Notes: a model not told the origin generated them from the letters alone. Counted from the first letter of the whole stretch, positions 1 to 12,207 are shown. The stretch is 63,200 nucleotides of DNA, filler included, from Pigoraptor vietnamica (GCA_943704525.1; 7 parts of 7 records of this genome joined end to end with filler, not necessarily neighbours in it); one strand, 5' to 3'. Program-made: numbers and translations.

Positions 1-114
1 TGGGGGGGGGTTGAAGGGGCCGTGTCTGCGTTGGAGCAGGGAGTTAGTGGCGCTGTCGCAGTCAGATGGGGCCCACAACAGAGCTGTAACACGCGCACAC
101 TCGCAATGCGCAGT

Positions 115-3100
115 GGCTTGTGAAGAAGGTCATCGAAGTGCGCGAGGAAACGGGCGATTACGTGCGAAACTTCTCCGTCTCTCAGTTCCACAAGGAGCAC
201 TCGCTGCCGCAGGTACGCGGTGTAACGGGCGGCAGGGCTCCTGCAGCACGATGCATTTGCACTCTCGGTCGCACCCGTCTGCGCGTCGTGTCGTTCTGGT
301 TGCCCAACGCATACACATCACCCAGGGATGCACGCATTTCGCTGTCGTCTGTGCGCTGTGCTCAGAGCACGCCATGCTTTCCCCGCCCTCGTGTTCGAAG
401 CCGCGGGGCGTCCCTGTCACTCTGTGGGCTCACACTCGTTTGCTGTCGCAGGACGACGAATTTGCCGTGCGCAAAGTGATGTCGATTGGGACTGTCCAGT
501 GCGTGAAGGTGCGTGGCTGCATCCCTAAGCCGACTCCTTGCGCCGCGAGAATGTGCCGCGTCTCCAACTTCGGAGATTCCGCATGATTTTTGGCGCGCAG
601 TTGCCTATTCTGCGGCGTGTGGCTGTGTGTTCTTTGTGACATTCATGCACCCCCTTCTTCTGTCATTTGCGGTCCCGCGTGCGTAATGGCTCATGTACTC
701 GGCCACCCGTGCTTCATGGCCCACGTGTGTCGTCTGCGGTCCCGCGTGCGCAATGGCACGTGTACTCGGCCACCCATGCTTCATGGCCCACGTGCGCTCA
801 CGTGTCCCTTCCTTGCTTCAACGCTCGCAGGAGTCCTACAAGCCCGTGCGTCGATTCCGTCGCCCGCCGAAGCACAACTCGCGGGCGGCGCGCAATGCGG
901 AGGACGAAACGAACCGCGTGCAAGCCACGCTGCTCGAATACGGCCACAGGTGCGACCGGCGCACTCTTGTTCGCAGGCCGTTTTGGCGATTGTGTGCGCC
1001 GCCATGTCTGCTAATCGGAGGGCTCACTTGCAGGTATCGTGTTGGCCGTGACGACGAGAACGCCGAGGGCGGCGCTGGCGGTGCGGGTGCCGATGGGCAG
1101 CGCGCGGGTGCGGGCGGCGCTGGCAGCTCGCGCGGCATGGTGAAGGGCCTTGCGGGCGCGCAGGGGGCCGCGGGGACGGGTGCCGACGGAGCGGCCGGTG
1201 GCGCAGGCGCAGGGGCCGCGTCGTCGTCGTCTCGTAGCAAGGAGAGCGAGAACGAGGCTGCGATGGAGGAAGAGCGCATCAAGGCGCTGATGGGTGCGAT
1301 GTCAGCGCTGTCTGCGGACGCCGCGGCGGTGTCCACGGCGGCTGTGGGCGCGATGGTCGGCATGCAGTCGGACGAGATTGGCGAGATGGCGGCTGCGTAT
1401 GCGGAGAAGCACGCGGCGCTCGTGGACGGGCTTGGCGGGGCGGCCGGAGGCGCTGCGGGCCACCAGCGCGCGCTCCAGTCGCTCGAGAAGCAGATTGCGG
1501 CGAGGGAGAAGCGGCTTGCGGAGGTGCGTATGCATGGGATGTGTGCTCCGCCGGCTGTTCGATCGGGCTCACCGCGGTTAATCTACTTTTGGCAGATTTC
1601 GGAGGAGCACGCGCGGCTTGCGTCGAGGCACGGCGAGTTGCAAGACGAGGTCGCCAAGGCCGCCGCGTGGGTGTTGTGAAAGAATTTTGACGTGGTGGTT
1701 AGGTTGTGGTAGGCATGAGACAGTGCCCGTGGCCTGCTGACATTGCCTCTCCCCTCTCTCTCTCCAACACACAGGTACAACGCGCGCATCGACCGCGAGG
1801 CTGCGAAGCTGGATGCGATGGCGAACGAGTCAAACGCCGGTGTGCTTGAACAACTGCGTGCGCTCGTCGCAATCAACGAGGCACTCAAGAAGCAGGAGGC
1901 CGACTTCAAGGCCAGCTGCAAGGTATGTGCCGCGTACGACGTGCGCGTGCATGCCTTTGGAACCGAGTCGATGTGCGTGTATGTTTCAATGCACACTAAC
2001 ACGTGGCTGCCCTTGCACGTGACAGGATGAAATGGCGCGGCTGCAAGAGCTCATTCGGTCGCTTGGGCAAGACGACGGCGCGGATGCTGAGGAGGCTGAG
2101 CGCGTGCGGCAGGTGCGCACGACTGCAGCGGATCGAGAAGGCCAATCGCATGCTCACATAATCTCACAGACAAACTCTCGCGCACCCTCTCTTTCACCCA
2201 TTCACAAGGTCATCCACTTGATTGTCTTTGGCTTGCCTTCGTGCGCGTGCGCCATGGACCCGTGCTAAAGCCTCTCTCGGCACCCTTACGCAGATCGACG
2301 CGCAGTTTGAGGCGGACCGTGACAAGATGCGCAAGCTGCGTCTGCTCGTGGGCAAAAAGAACCGCGACATTGCAGCCGTGCAGCGAAAGATTGATGAGGT
2401 GCCCTCGCGCGCCGAGCTCTCGCAATACCAGCGCCGTTTTGTCGAGCTCTACAACCAGGTGTGTGTGCGTGTGTGTGTGCGTGCGCGCGTGTGTGCGTGT
2501 GTGCGTGTGTGTGTTTTATTCAGTGCGCGTGCATGTCACAATGTGCTGCGACTGGCGAGACAGCACCAGGGACCGATTCGAGCGCAATTGCGGGGCTGAC
2601 CACGCGACTCCTTTCGCAGGTGGCTGCCAAGCTCACCGAGACGAAGCAGTACTACACGCTGTACAACACGCTCGACGACACGCGGCTGTACCTTCAGAAG
2701 GAAGTCTCCCTCCTCAATTCGATCCACGACAACTTTGAGCGCGCCATGTCCACTGCGCAGAACAAGGACCAGTTCCTCAAGCAGATGGACTCGATCGTCG
2801 CGGGACTCAAGACCAACCTCGAGAAGGTGCGGCTGGGGAACATTTGTGTGACCGCGTTGGTTGCCTTGTTGCATGCTTTGGGTCAGATTTTGTGTGTGCG
2901 AGTGGCCTCTATGTTCTGACCGCCAACCGCTGTGCCTCCCTCAGGTCGAGCGCAAGAAGGGCGACGAGAAGAGCAAGCGAGACGGCCTCAACGACACGTA
3001 CCTGCAGCTGGTGGACGCGCAGCGCCAGTACTACAAGACAGTCAAGGAGTTCCAGGAGGCACGTGACGCGCGGCTGTTGCGACCCCACGTTCTGTGCGCT

Positions 3101-3229
3101 TGTGTGTGCTGCGCCCGTGTGTGTCGCGTGTGTCCGTGTGCGGGGAAAGGGATCGCTCACTCTAGACCATCGCAGGAGTGCCGCAAGAACGAGCTGCTGC
3201 AGGCAAAACTCAAGGGTGGTGGGCAGTGA
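115..3229 (+). CDS. CCDC93: Coiled-coil domain-containing protein 93 (CCC/Commander complex), multi-exon, 5'-truncated by contig start
   Basis: Spliced exons give [78 protein letters not shown] and [18 protein letters not shown], matching animal CCDC93 as I recall it. Confidence 0.93.
668..800. repeat. Two-copy ~67-bp tandem duplication in a CCDC93 intron
   Basis: tgcggtcccgcgtgcg.aatggc...tgtactcggccaccc.tgcttcatggcccacgtg occurs at 668 and 735. Confidence 0.85.
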
Positions 3230-3393
3230 CCTCTTTGCGACCACAGTGCCATACAAGAGTGGCCTGGCATTGCGCTGTTCCTCCAGAGTCAGGGGCACGA
3301 CCAGAGTGCAATACAAGAGCGGCACGGTGACCCGTGGCCTCTTTGTGCGACCACAGTGCAATACGAGAGAGCTGCAGCAATATCAAGAGCGCC
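3226..3393. repeat. Degenerate spaced ~22-bp repeats (cgaccacagtgcaatacaagag), 3 copies plus a partial
   Basis: Cores at 3238, 3298 and 3348 with different intervening sequences; partial copy near 3374-3393. Confidence 0.75.
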
Positions 3394-3402
3394 ATTCAGC
3401 CA

Positions 3403-3468
3403 GTGATTGTCAAGACATGTCACGTGATTGTCAAGACATGTCACGTGATTGTCAAGACATATCACGTG
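3403..3468. repeat. 21-bp tandem repeat x3 (gtgattgtcaagacatgtcac), creating CACGTG E-boxes at the junctions
   Basis: Directly visible; ends about 80 bp upstream of the ATG at 3548. Confidence 0.9.
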
Positions 3469-3547
3469 CGCCAACTGATGTGTTTGTCCGCCCGACACAT
3501 AAATCGAAACGCGACAGCGGTTTCCCTTCTCGCTTTCTTCCGCGACA

Positions 3548-6500
3548 ATGAGCGCACCGAAGGGCGACGCGCGCCTTGCGATTGAGCTCGCTCGGAGGCT
3601 CAAGACGGAGACGTGCGTGCATGCGGGCGCCGTGAGCACGTGGCTCCTCCAGAATGGCTACACGGACGCAGTGGACGTCTTCGTCGCCGATTACGACCAC
3701 CTCTTCGAGCACAGGAGCGACAATTGCGTGTATTTGCGCGGCGATGTCGCTGCCGCAGTCAACGCTGCGGTACCGGCGTCCCCAGCGGTGAGCGATTCGA
3801 ACGTGCATTCCCCGGTCGAAGACGCAGTCGTGCGGAGGGCCATTGTGGCGCTCGAGGGCGGCCCTGTGCACCTGACGGCCTTCTACAAGCACATGCCTGC
3901 GGCCGATATGGAGTACATCCGCAAAACACACAAGTCGCTAAAGCGCTTTCTGGAGAAGCACGACGGCATCTTTCTTATTCGCGGCGTTCCCTCGGCAACT
4001 GAGACGTGCGAACTCACTGCGGAGGGACGGCGGCTCGCTCGACAAAACGCGGCAGCAGCGCACGCGCTGAAGATTACGGCCTCTCCCTCTCCGCGTGTCC
4101 CGGCGACGCTGTCACCGGCGCCCGTTGCGCCCAAGCCTCCTCAGAACGCACCCGGGACAGCGCCGGTCGAAGAGGCCGTGGTGCGGAGGGTCATCGTGGC
4201 GCTCGAACAAAGCGGCCCCGTCCTCATGACTGGCTTCTTCAAGCACGTGCGCGCGGAGGACATGGACTACATTCGCACTGCGCACGCGTCGCTCAAGCGC
4301 TTTCTGGCGAAGCACGGCGGCTTCTTTAAGGTTGCGGGCCCACCTGGCACCGGCAAGGAGACCTGCTCGCTCACCCCCGAGGGCCGCGCTTACGCCCGCC
4401 AGCTTGCGTCGCCGTCGCCCGCGGCGGCTGTTCCGAAGCAGTACGTCCCACTCCTGGCGCAGGGACGCCCGGGCACGCCGCACTCGACAGGAACACCGAC
4501 AAAGGCAAGCGAACCGGCGCCGTCGCCCGCCGTTCGCAGTGCGAGCCCAAGCGAAGCGGACCATGCGACGTCGACTTCGGCGGGTCACTTTCTGCAACTC
4601 GACGACTCGTCTGAGCGCGTTCAGGTGTACCTCGTGGAGACGCGCTCGGCGTTCGTTGCGGCGAAGGCCCGGCTGCAGGTGTGCGAGGCCATTGCCGTCG
4701 ATTGCAAGATGGATGGCACCGACAACAGCGCACGGCTTGCGCTCGTACAGGTCTACATTTCCGGCGCGCGCCCGTGCATCAACGCGTTTGACGTCCTCAG
4801 CGAGATTGGCCGTGAGGCCGTGGAGGTTGTCTGGCGTACCGTGTGCAATAGCCGCGTGAGGACGACGTTTCGCGACGGCCGCAGGGACATTGACGCCCTC
4901 CGCCGCACCGTCGCACAATACGGCTCGGCGACGGAGAGCGTCGGTGACGTCGGCGGCGTGGTCGACATTCAGGTGCTCCACGGTCTCGCCCTTCACTTCC
5001 GGGGCGAGGCCACTGGGCGACGTGCGGGGTTCGACGAAATCATGGAGTTTGTCGGCCTGCCGAGCAACCCGCTGAAGGAAGCGATGGGCGCGCGTTTTGA
5101 AAGGGGCGACCTTGCGATGTGGACGCGCCGACCCCTCGAGCGCGATCTTCTCACTTATGCGGCATGGGACGTCCTTCCACTCCTGCCCGCGTGCGAGAGG
5201 CTCGAGCGGATCATCGCGGAAGCCGCTGTCGGACTTGCGCGCCGCAGTTCGGCCATTGCGGCAGACGAGTTGCGGCAGACCACGTACAGGACGCGCGGGG
5301 GCTCCGATGTGCGGCTTGGCGTGGATTATGCCATCACTAGGTTCGATGAGTACCGCAACGCGTTTGAGTATGTGCTGGACGAGGGCGATGACGGGGCGGC
5401 CTCTGGCGCCCTGGACATGAACGACGTCGCGGTGGACGATCAAGAGAGCACGCGAGAGGCCGAGCTCATTTTCTCGGTGCTGCCGGAACACCTGCGGCGC
5501 ACAATCGAGGCGAAGGTGGCGGACCTGTCGCGCGTGTGCGGCGAGCCCGTCGCCGTCTGCGAGATACGCGTCGACGAGGGCAAGCCCGTCAGCGTGCTGT
5601 TCAACGACGCCGCGGAAACGCAGCACACGTTCGACGGTGTTGCGTGCAGCGTTGCTGAGGTCGTGGACTCTCTACGTGCCGTGTGCGCGCGCAAGAACGG
5701 CGGCGGCGGCGAGAACGGGCTCGCCCGCACGAATGGCTCGAGCTCCTGCCCCGACACCGACGGCGATGCGCACGACGCCGAGAACAAGCCCTGCGACCGG
5801 CGCACGACGCTGCTGTCGTTTGGTCCGGACAATCGCGTGGGCATTGAGGGGACTTTCCATCGCATTATTGCGATGAGGGATAAGGCGGGGAACGTCGTCG
5901 GTTTGACCCTGCGCTTGGGCCACGGCGCGCGCGGGGCGGCGTACATTCTGAGAGACGTCGTCGCGGGCATTCTCCCGGCCGTGGAGGGGCGAGACCCGCA
6001 ATCGCTCTTGCTTGTCGGAAGGCCTGGTGTCGGCAAGACGACGTACCTGAGGGACATTGCGCGCAGGCTCGCCGACGACCACGGGGTCGCGCAGCGGGTG
6101 CTGGCGGTGGACACATCAGGTGAACTTGGCGGCGAGGGGCGGGTGTCGCACAGCGCGCTCGGTCGGGCGCGCCGCATGCACGTGACCGGGGCCCTTGCCG
6201 ACGCTCTCTTCGAGGCGCAGAACCACAACCCGCGCGCTCTTGTGGTGGATGATATAAGCGACGCGACTCACGTGACGGCGCTAAGGGCCATTGCTCAGCG
6301 TGGGACGGCGCTCGTGGGCACTGCGCACGGCACTTCGCTGGTCTCGCTCCTGCGACATCCCGACTTGAGGATGCTCGTCGGCGACATCACCGTGGTGGGT
6401 GCTGCGTGCTGTCGCCGTTCCTTGGCCGAGTGGCATTTACATGCTGCTCGCCAGGGCTGTCCTACATATACATTTGATAGTGTGGACTGACGTTACCGTG

Positions 6501-6890
6501 CCATGTGCATCACTGAACGCGCAGATCAATAGCGAGGATGCGAGGGATCGCGGTGACCCCGTGCGCAAGGCGAAGGCAGAGCGGAAGGGCACGCCTGTCT
6601 TTTCTCGCCTCATCGAAGTGCGCCGCCGTGGGCACGTGGCGATACATTGGAGCGTCGCTGGGGCGGTCGATGCCGTACTCTCCGGCGACGGTCGTAGCGG
6701 GAAGGGCGTCGTCGAGGAACGGTGGTTTGACCCGTCATGTCACGCGTGGAAGGCGCGCTTTTCCGCCGTGGCACGCGACCCCGCCCTGGCTGATGTCTGC
6801 GAAGGCGACGGGAACGGCGGTAGCGGCAGCGACGGCGGCGACGGTTGGATATCCAGGCTCCTTTCCGAGGTCTTGGGCGCGACAAAGTAA
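3548..6890 (+). CDS. Multidomain protein: 3x winged-helix (LOTUS/Egalitarian-like) + DEDDy 3'-5' exonuclease (EXD1/Egl-like) + Ycf45/SpoIIIAA-family P-loop ATPase; one intron ~6395-6524
   Basis: Repeats SLKRFLEKHDGIF and SLKRFLAKHGGFF. Exonuclease motifs AVDCK, RDGRRDIDAL, VDIQ, WTRRPL, YAAWDV. ATPase motifs RVGIEGTFHRI, GLTLRLG, GRPGVGKT, VDTSGELGG, ARRMHV, NHNP, VVDDI, GTAHG, and after splicing ERKGTPVF..LIEV. Confidence 0.85.
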
Positions 6891-8367
6891 ATAGTAATAT
6901 ATGCAACTGAAGGCAGTGAGCCCTAATGCCCAGTGGGCGCTGGTTAGTGGTTCATCGGCACTTTCGTGGCCGGCCGCAACGGCTTGATTGCTTCCAGTCC
7001 GTCTCTATCGCCACACTGACAGTGACCCAGGCTGACTCCACCAACGCAGCAAACGATGGCGAGTTCAATACGTAGGGCGATTTGAGGTGGCCCGCTGCCG
7101 TCACTGGCAGTTCTATAGCATAGTCGCCTACTTGTTGGCCGCGCCGGCGGCGGCAAGCCCCGGAGCCCGGGACTGACCGTTTCAGTCGGTAACCGACCGA
7201 GACGGAGCCGATGCAACTCGGCCATACGTGACTGCGTACGAAAACTGAGAAAGCGCCGGGTTGAAAGCGTGCCCGATGCAGGCCGACCTCCCGTGCGCTG
7301 AATATTCGCTGTCAGTGATAACTGATTCGGCGTGTTATCGCCATGCACGCACCCTTTGCGCCCTCCGTGGGGTATTTGAATCCCCATGGGATAAACGCGG
7401 CCATTGGCCCATTTTTGGCAGAACCTTCGATCAGCCAGCGCGGTTACCCTCCCATCCCAGTCCACCACCCCTCGGTGAATAAAAATTGCGCACCCGACCG
7501 CGTTTTCACGTGAGAATCGGACACACTTACCAAATTTGGGGGGATTTTAAAGGCACCGACAGTTTCTGTGGGCGGGCGGTCGGTCAGAAATATCCGCTTC
7601 TAAGCGTGAGCCCTCGCAGTGCGTCGGCCGGCGGTGGTCTTCCTTCACCGTGTAATGTGCTATACGGTCGTCCGCGGGCGATCGGCGAACAAATCAAGAA
7701 CCGCACGGCTCATGCACGTGCGCGTTAGCATCCTTTATTTCGTTCGTTTTTCAGGTCCCCGTATGTACGCAACGTCACTTACGGAGGGGAGCAATCCGGC
7801 CCTACTGTTGCCGGCAGCTCAGTGCCTACGGCTGAAACCGATCAACGTGCGAAAGTCACGCCGGCGCACTCATGTCGCAGTCTCCTCGGCCACCGACGTC
7901 GCTGTTGGCTGAGCGCAGTCGGGGCCTATTATTAATACGAGGTCAGTATAACTGAAGTCGACGCGCGCAATATTCACAACTGGTCGCCGGCGACACGCCA
8001 ACGGATTCAGTTACCGCCGAATTCAAACCGATCCTCACCGTTGGTCAGAGCCTGAAACGGCTGCAGTTCCCTCAGTGCCGTTTCTCTCGCATCAGGTGAG
8101 CGTGACACGCCGGGAATCAGGTCGCGACAGGGCCGGGCGTCCAAGGCTCAACGTCACGGTCCGAATACTGACGTTGCCGACCGACCGCATGCACACAGCC
8201 GCGCCACTGGACACGGCAGTGACTCCAGACGCGTCAGCCTCGGTCGGACGCTGAATTGTTTTCTCGCCGTGCCAAACTGCAAGTCAGGGTCATTGAGCCG
8301 CGGTTCATTCACCGTCAAGTGCGACATATAATACTGACGAGACAACAACTTCGGCCTCTCGCATTAG

Positions 8368-10375
8368 ATGGGAAGAGAAAGAAACTCGGTTCCCAAGACC
8401 ATTCAGCCCGCGGTCGCGGACGGGCGGACGGTTCACGCCGGCGTGCTCGTTCCCTCGCCGGTGGCCATGAAAACGCCAAAGTCGAAGCCGGGAAAGGAGA
8501 AAGGCCTGGCGGGGCGAGAACCGGTGTTCCCTAAGCAGCTGGCGTGGTGCGTGCGCGGCCGTTCAAATTTCCTGACCGTAACTCAAGAGTGACCAGTTTG
8601 CGTTGAACTATTTCTGACACATTTGCGCCGCATTGACAGGTTGCTCGCGCGCCCAGATGCACTGCTTGATCCCGAGAGGGATGGCAACACGCGCGCAAGG
8701 GACTTAGTGCAGTGGGTGCGCGGCGATGACGGCAAGGACTACCTCGGTCTGCCGGTGGTGGATAAGGCGCGAGGTGTGTGGGTCGCATGTACGGCTGTCG
8801 CGGTTCAAGTTACATCGCAGTGACACCTCTAACATCAGAAGTCGTCGTTAGGCAACGCGTGATAACGGCACTCACACTGACAAGCGGTCACACTGCAACG
8901 GCCCTTTCATTTCTCACTCGCTTGGCTGAATTGGCAGGGTATGATCTCGTCAAGCGTGCCGCCGTCTTCCTAAGCCGCGTCCCAGAGCCCGTCCCACCAT
9001 GAGCTCCTTCGACAGCTTTCTCCGCAGCTTCCGACAGTGGTCCACAAACCTACGCGAGATCGAACGGGCGCCGGGCGCGAGCCACCGACTCTTCGAGGCC
9101 GTCGGTTTCAACAGGACCGACGTCGACGCGGACCAGCAGAAGTGGCTTCCCATCGTGCGCCGCCCCGAATGTCGCGCTAAAACCAAGCAGAAGGTCGCTG
9201 CTGCTGGTGGTGCCGAGGAAGAGTTGCGCGACGACGGGTCGGACAGCGGCGAAGAGCGCTCACGCACGCTGGCACGAACGGTCTCCGAAGGCAGCGAAGA
9301 CAAAGAGCGAAAGACTTCTCGACGCAGAAAATCGCCCACAACACATCCGACAGAGCAGGCGGCCGGTTGGTCCGACGCTGGCCGATATGCCTCCACGCAC
9401 GCGACACTCGTTGAGGGGGTATTCAGCGAGTTGCACGCATCCGTCGAAGACGCGCCCTACGCCGCAGCGATGAAGGAAAGCCCGCACGAAGCCCGCGGAG
9501 CCCACGCCCTGCGCGCGACAGACGGGGACGCCGTCGAGTACCCCGCGGGCACATTCCATGGAATCGACGGGGCCTTATTCGCGCGCAACTGGGTCGCACA
9601 GGGCGGCGGAATGCCAAGCGATGGCCGCGAGTACGCTGATGGCAGCGCCCACATCGCCAACCAGTTCCACACCGTCCCTTTCACGCACTACGGGGACGCC
9701 GGTCACATACAACCGATGGTGCCGAGGGCGTTCTACGACGTGACGCAGGGTCCCAGCGAGTATGCCGCGGACAAGCCCCAAGTCGATCTCAACACCATCG
9801 ACCCGTTCCTCTGCGACACTGGTGCCCGTCCAAGCACAACGTTCGTGTGTGGCGTGGAGGAGGCCGTCGCCATCGAGAACGGGCCCCACACAATCGACGG
9901 CGTCACCTCCGGCACGTTTTTCACGCAGGACACTCACGCAGCTGCCGCCGACCTGGCGATCTTCCGCGCCCTCGCGCAAACAACCAACGCCCTGCACGCC
10001 GCGGGTGGCCTTTCCGTCCCCTCCGCGGCCCCCGTGGACGCATTCGGGTACGACTGGATTCGCGGTTATCCACCCCTCACGTGCGACACAGGCGCTGCCC
10101 GCGGCGAATCGCAGACAAGCCGCGACGCCATTCACGCCGACATAGTTGCGCCCGAGGACTTCCAACGCAGCGCGTATGATGAAGCGCACGTGGACTGGCG
10201 CGCAGTCGAGACGTGGGACGGCGTGCTCCGCGGGCCCGTTTTTGACGATCGAGCCGAGGCACCAGCACCGCTGCGGCCAGACGTGCGCGTGCACGTGGAA
10301 CCGTTGTGCGAGAATTCACCGCACGAGGACGTTGAGGCGTTCTGGCGCACGTGGCCTTCCATTCTGTCGCAGTGA
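8368..10375 (+). CDS. Divergent HSF-type DNA-binding domain protein with long acidic/disordered tail (3 exons: 8368-8546, 8640-8773, ~8955-10375)
   Basis: Splicing yields FPKQLAWLL...DLVQW...LPK...SSFDSFLRSFRQW...FEAVGFNR...LPIVRR, following the HSF DBD motif order (FxxKL, W, LPK, SFVRQL, F...F.R, L..I.R). Confidence 0.55.
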
Positions 10376-10685
10376 CGCCGAGACGGACAGCGCCCCTATC
10401 GCGATGAGCTTGCATTCGCAGCTCAGCGTATCGTGCGCTGCGTCTTCGTACGTCCAATGACACAGCTGTTAAAAAAAGGACAAACACACTCTTAGTCCCA
10501 CGTGACAAATGCAGACGTAAAAAGCGCCATCACGATCGCACCCCGTCGCAGGCGTGAAACAACGCCACACCGCCGCCACGTTCGAAGCGCGCATACTGCG
10601 ACGTTGTCCCCCTCACCAAAAGCCTCAAAAATCGGTAATGCGTTCGTAGGGAGGCCAAGGAAGAGGAAGAACGGCCCACGCCCGT

Positions 10686-10957
10686 TCACGGCCAGTCGCT
10701 CGGTTGGAGGGGGTGTCTCGTGTGCCCGGCTCGCCACGTGCACCACTGTAAAAGAACGTCGTTTTCGAGTGCACGAACCTACGACGCTTTTTGCATTAAG
10801 TGCACGTTTACATCAATGTGTGTGTGTGTCGTGTGTGGGTATGTGTGTGCGTGTGGTGTATGCGCGAGCGTGTGTAAGCGTACGTATGCGTATGCCTGTG
10901 TGTGTGCGCGCGCGTGTGTGTGTCTGTGTATGTGTGTGTGTGTGTATTTTGTGTGTG

Positions 10958-11007
<50 letters not shown>

Positions 11008-12162
11008 TGTGTGTCCGTGTGTGTCGCGTGTGCGTGCGTACGCGTATGCCTGCGTCGTGTATGACTGTGCGTGTTGTCTTTCCATACACATCCACCAACG
11101 GAACACATCGCACACAATCATTAGAGCCGTCAACAGCACCCACGGCGCGTGCGGCAGGATTGTCGTTCCGAGTGGAAAAGGCGCACGTGTGAACGGTCAT
11201 CATTCCCGCCATATTGCCGAAGACGACGTCGGTGAGAAGGCGATCGCCCACGCACACCACGCGGTCACTGCTGCACCCGAGGGCACGCGACACCTCGTCG
11301 CACGGGGCGGGCTTCTGCAAACATCACCGCGGCTCAGAGGGAATGGCGCCAGCGGACGCTTCAAAGATAGCGAGAGGCAAGAGGCAGGGCACGCGCGAAC
11401 GGAGACCGAAAAGCCGAAAGTGTGCACTCGCCTTCCTCGCATGTCTCACAACCGCAATACCAAGGGCGCGCTCGATAGCCGTCGCCTGCGACACCACTTC
11501 GTCAACATACGACAAATGAATGTGGAATGTGGGCTTTACACGGAGCAAGCGGTCTGTTAGAGGCAGCGACCGTATACCGCCGCAGAGCTCCAAATGCAAG
11601 CGTCCACAGCACGTGCCCGCACCAGACACAACACGTACTGCAGCGCGCCGCAAGGGATACGCACGTGCACATGGTCCTTATCGTCGGGCGTCCCGGCGGA
11701 ATTCGAGAGAATGACCACGTGGTTGCGCCCAAACGCAGAGAGGCAGTTCTCAAATGCATCCTGCGAGTGGCATCCCCAAACGAAGTCCGTTTGACACGCG
11801 TACGAACAGGCTCAAGCAACACAGAGGAGTACGAACAGGCAGGCAAAGGAAGGGCAGTCTAGACACACGCATGGAGCAGCTCAAGCAACACACGCCCTCA
11901 GAGTGGCGTATGAAAACAACGCACACGCAATGGAGTGGCCCAAGTAACACACACACCCTCAGAGGGCCGTATATCTCGAGTGCGTACGGCTCCGTGATGC
12001 AATTGTCCTTGTCGAACACGACGCCCTGAAACCCCGCGTCTCGCAGCCGGCGGAAGGGGACGTCGCGAATGTCTGTCGAAATTAGACGAAACGAATTAGT
12101 TGTGAATGCGCGCAATCTGCCATTGCTAGATGCATCACATCGCCCTCACACTGGGTTTGTGC

Positions 12163-12207
<45 letters not shown>

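Noticed and set aside
3226..3468. CRISPR array or iron-responsive elements
   Set aside because: Eukaryotic context, only three degenerate repeats, unequal spacers and no cas genes. The CAGTGC loops lack the paired 5-bp upper stem of an IRE.
4335..4360. GPPGTGKE Walker-A-like motif
   Set aside because: It sits in the loop of the third winged-helix repeat (aligned to GVPSATE in repeat 2) and lacks the S/T and a Walker B; the real P-loop is GRPGVGKT near 6017-6040.
4112..5626. Long antisense ORFs (504 aa here; also 17087-18334, 43871-44665)
   Set aside because: Shadow frames of GC-rich coding sequence with no motifs.
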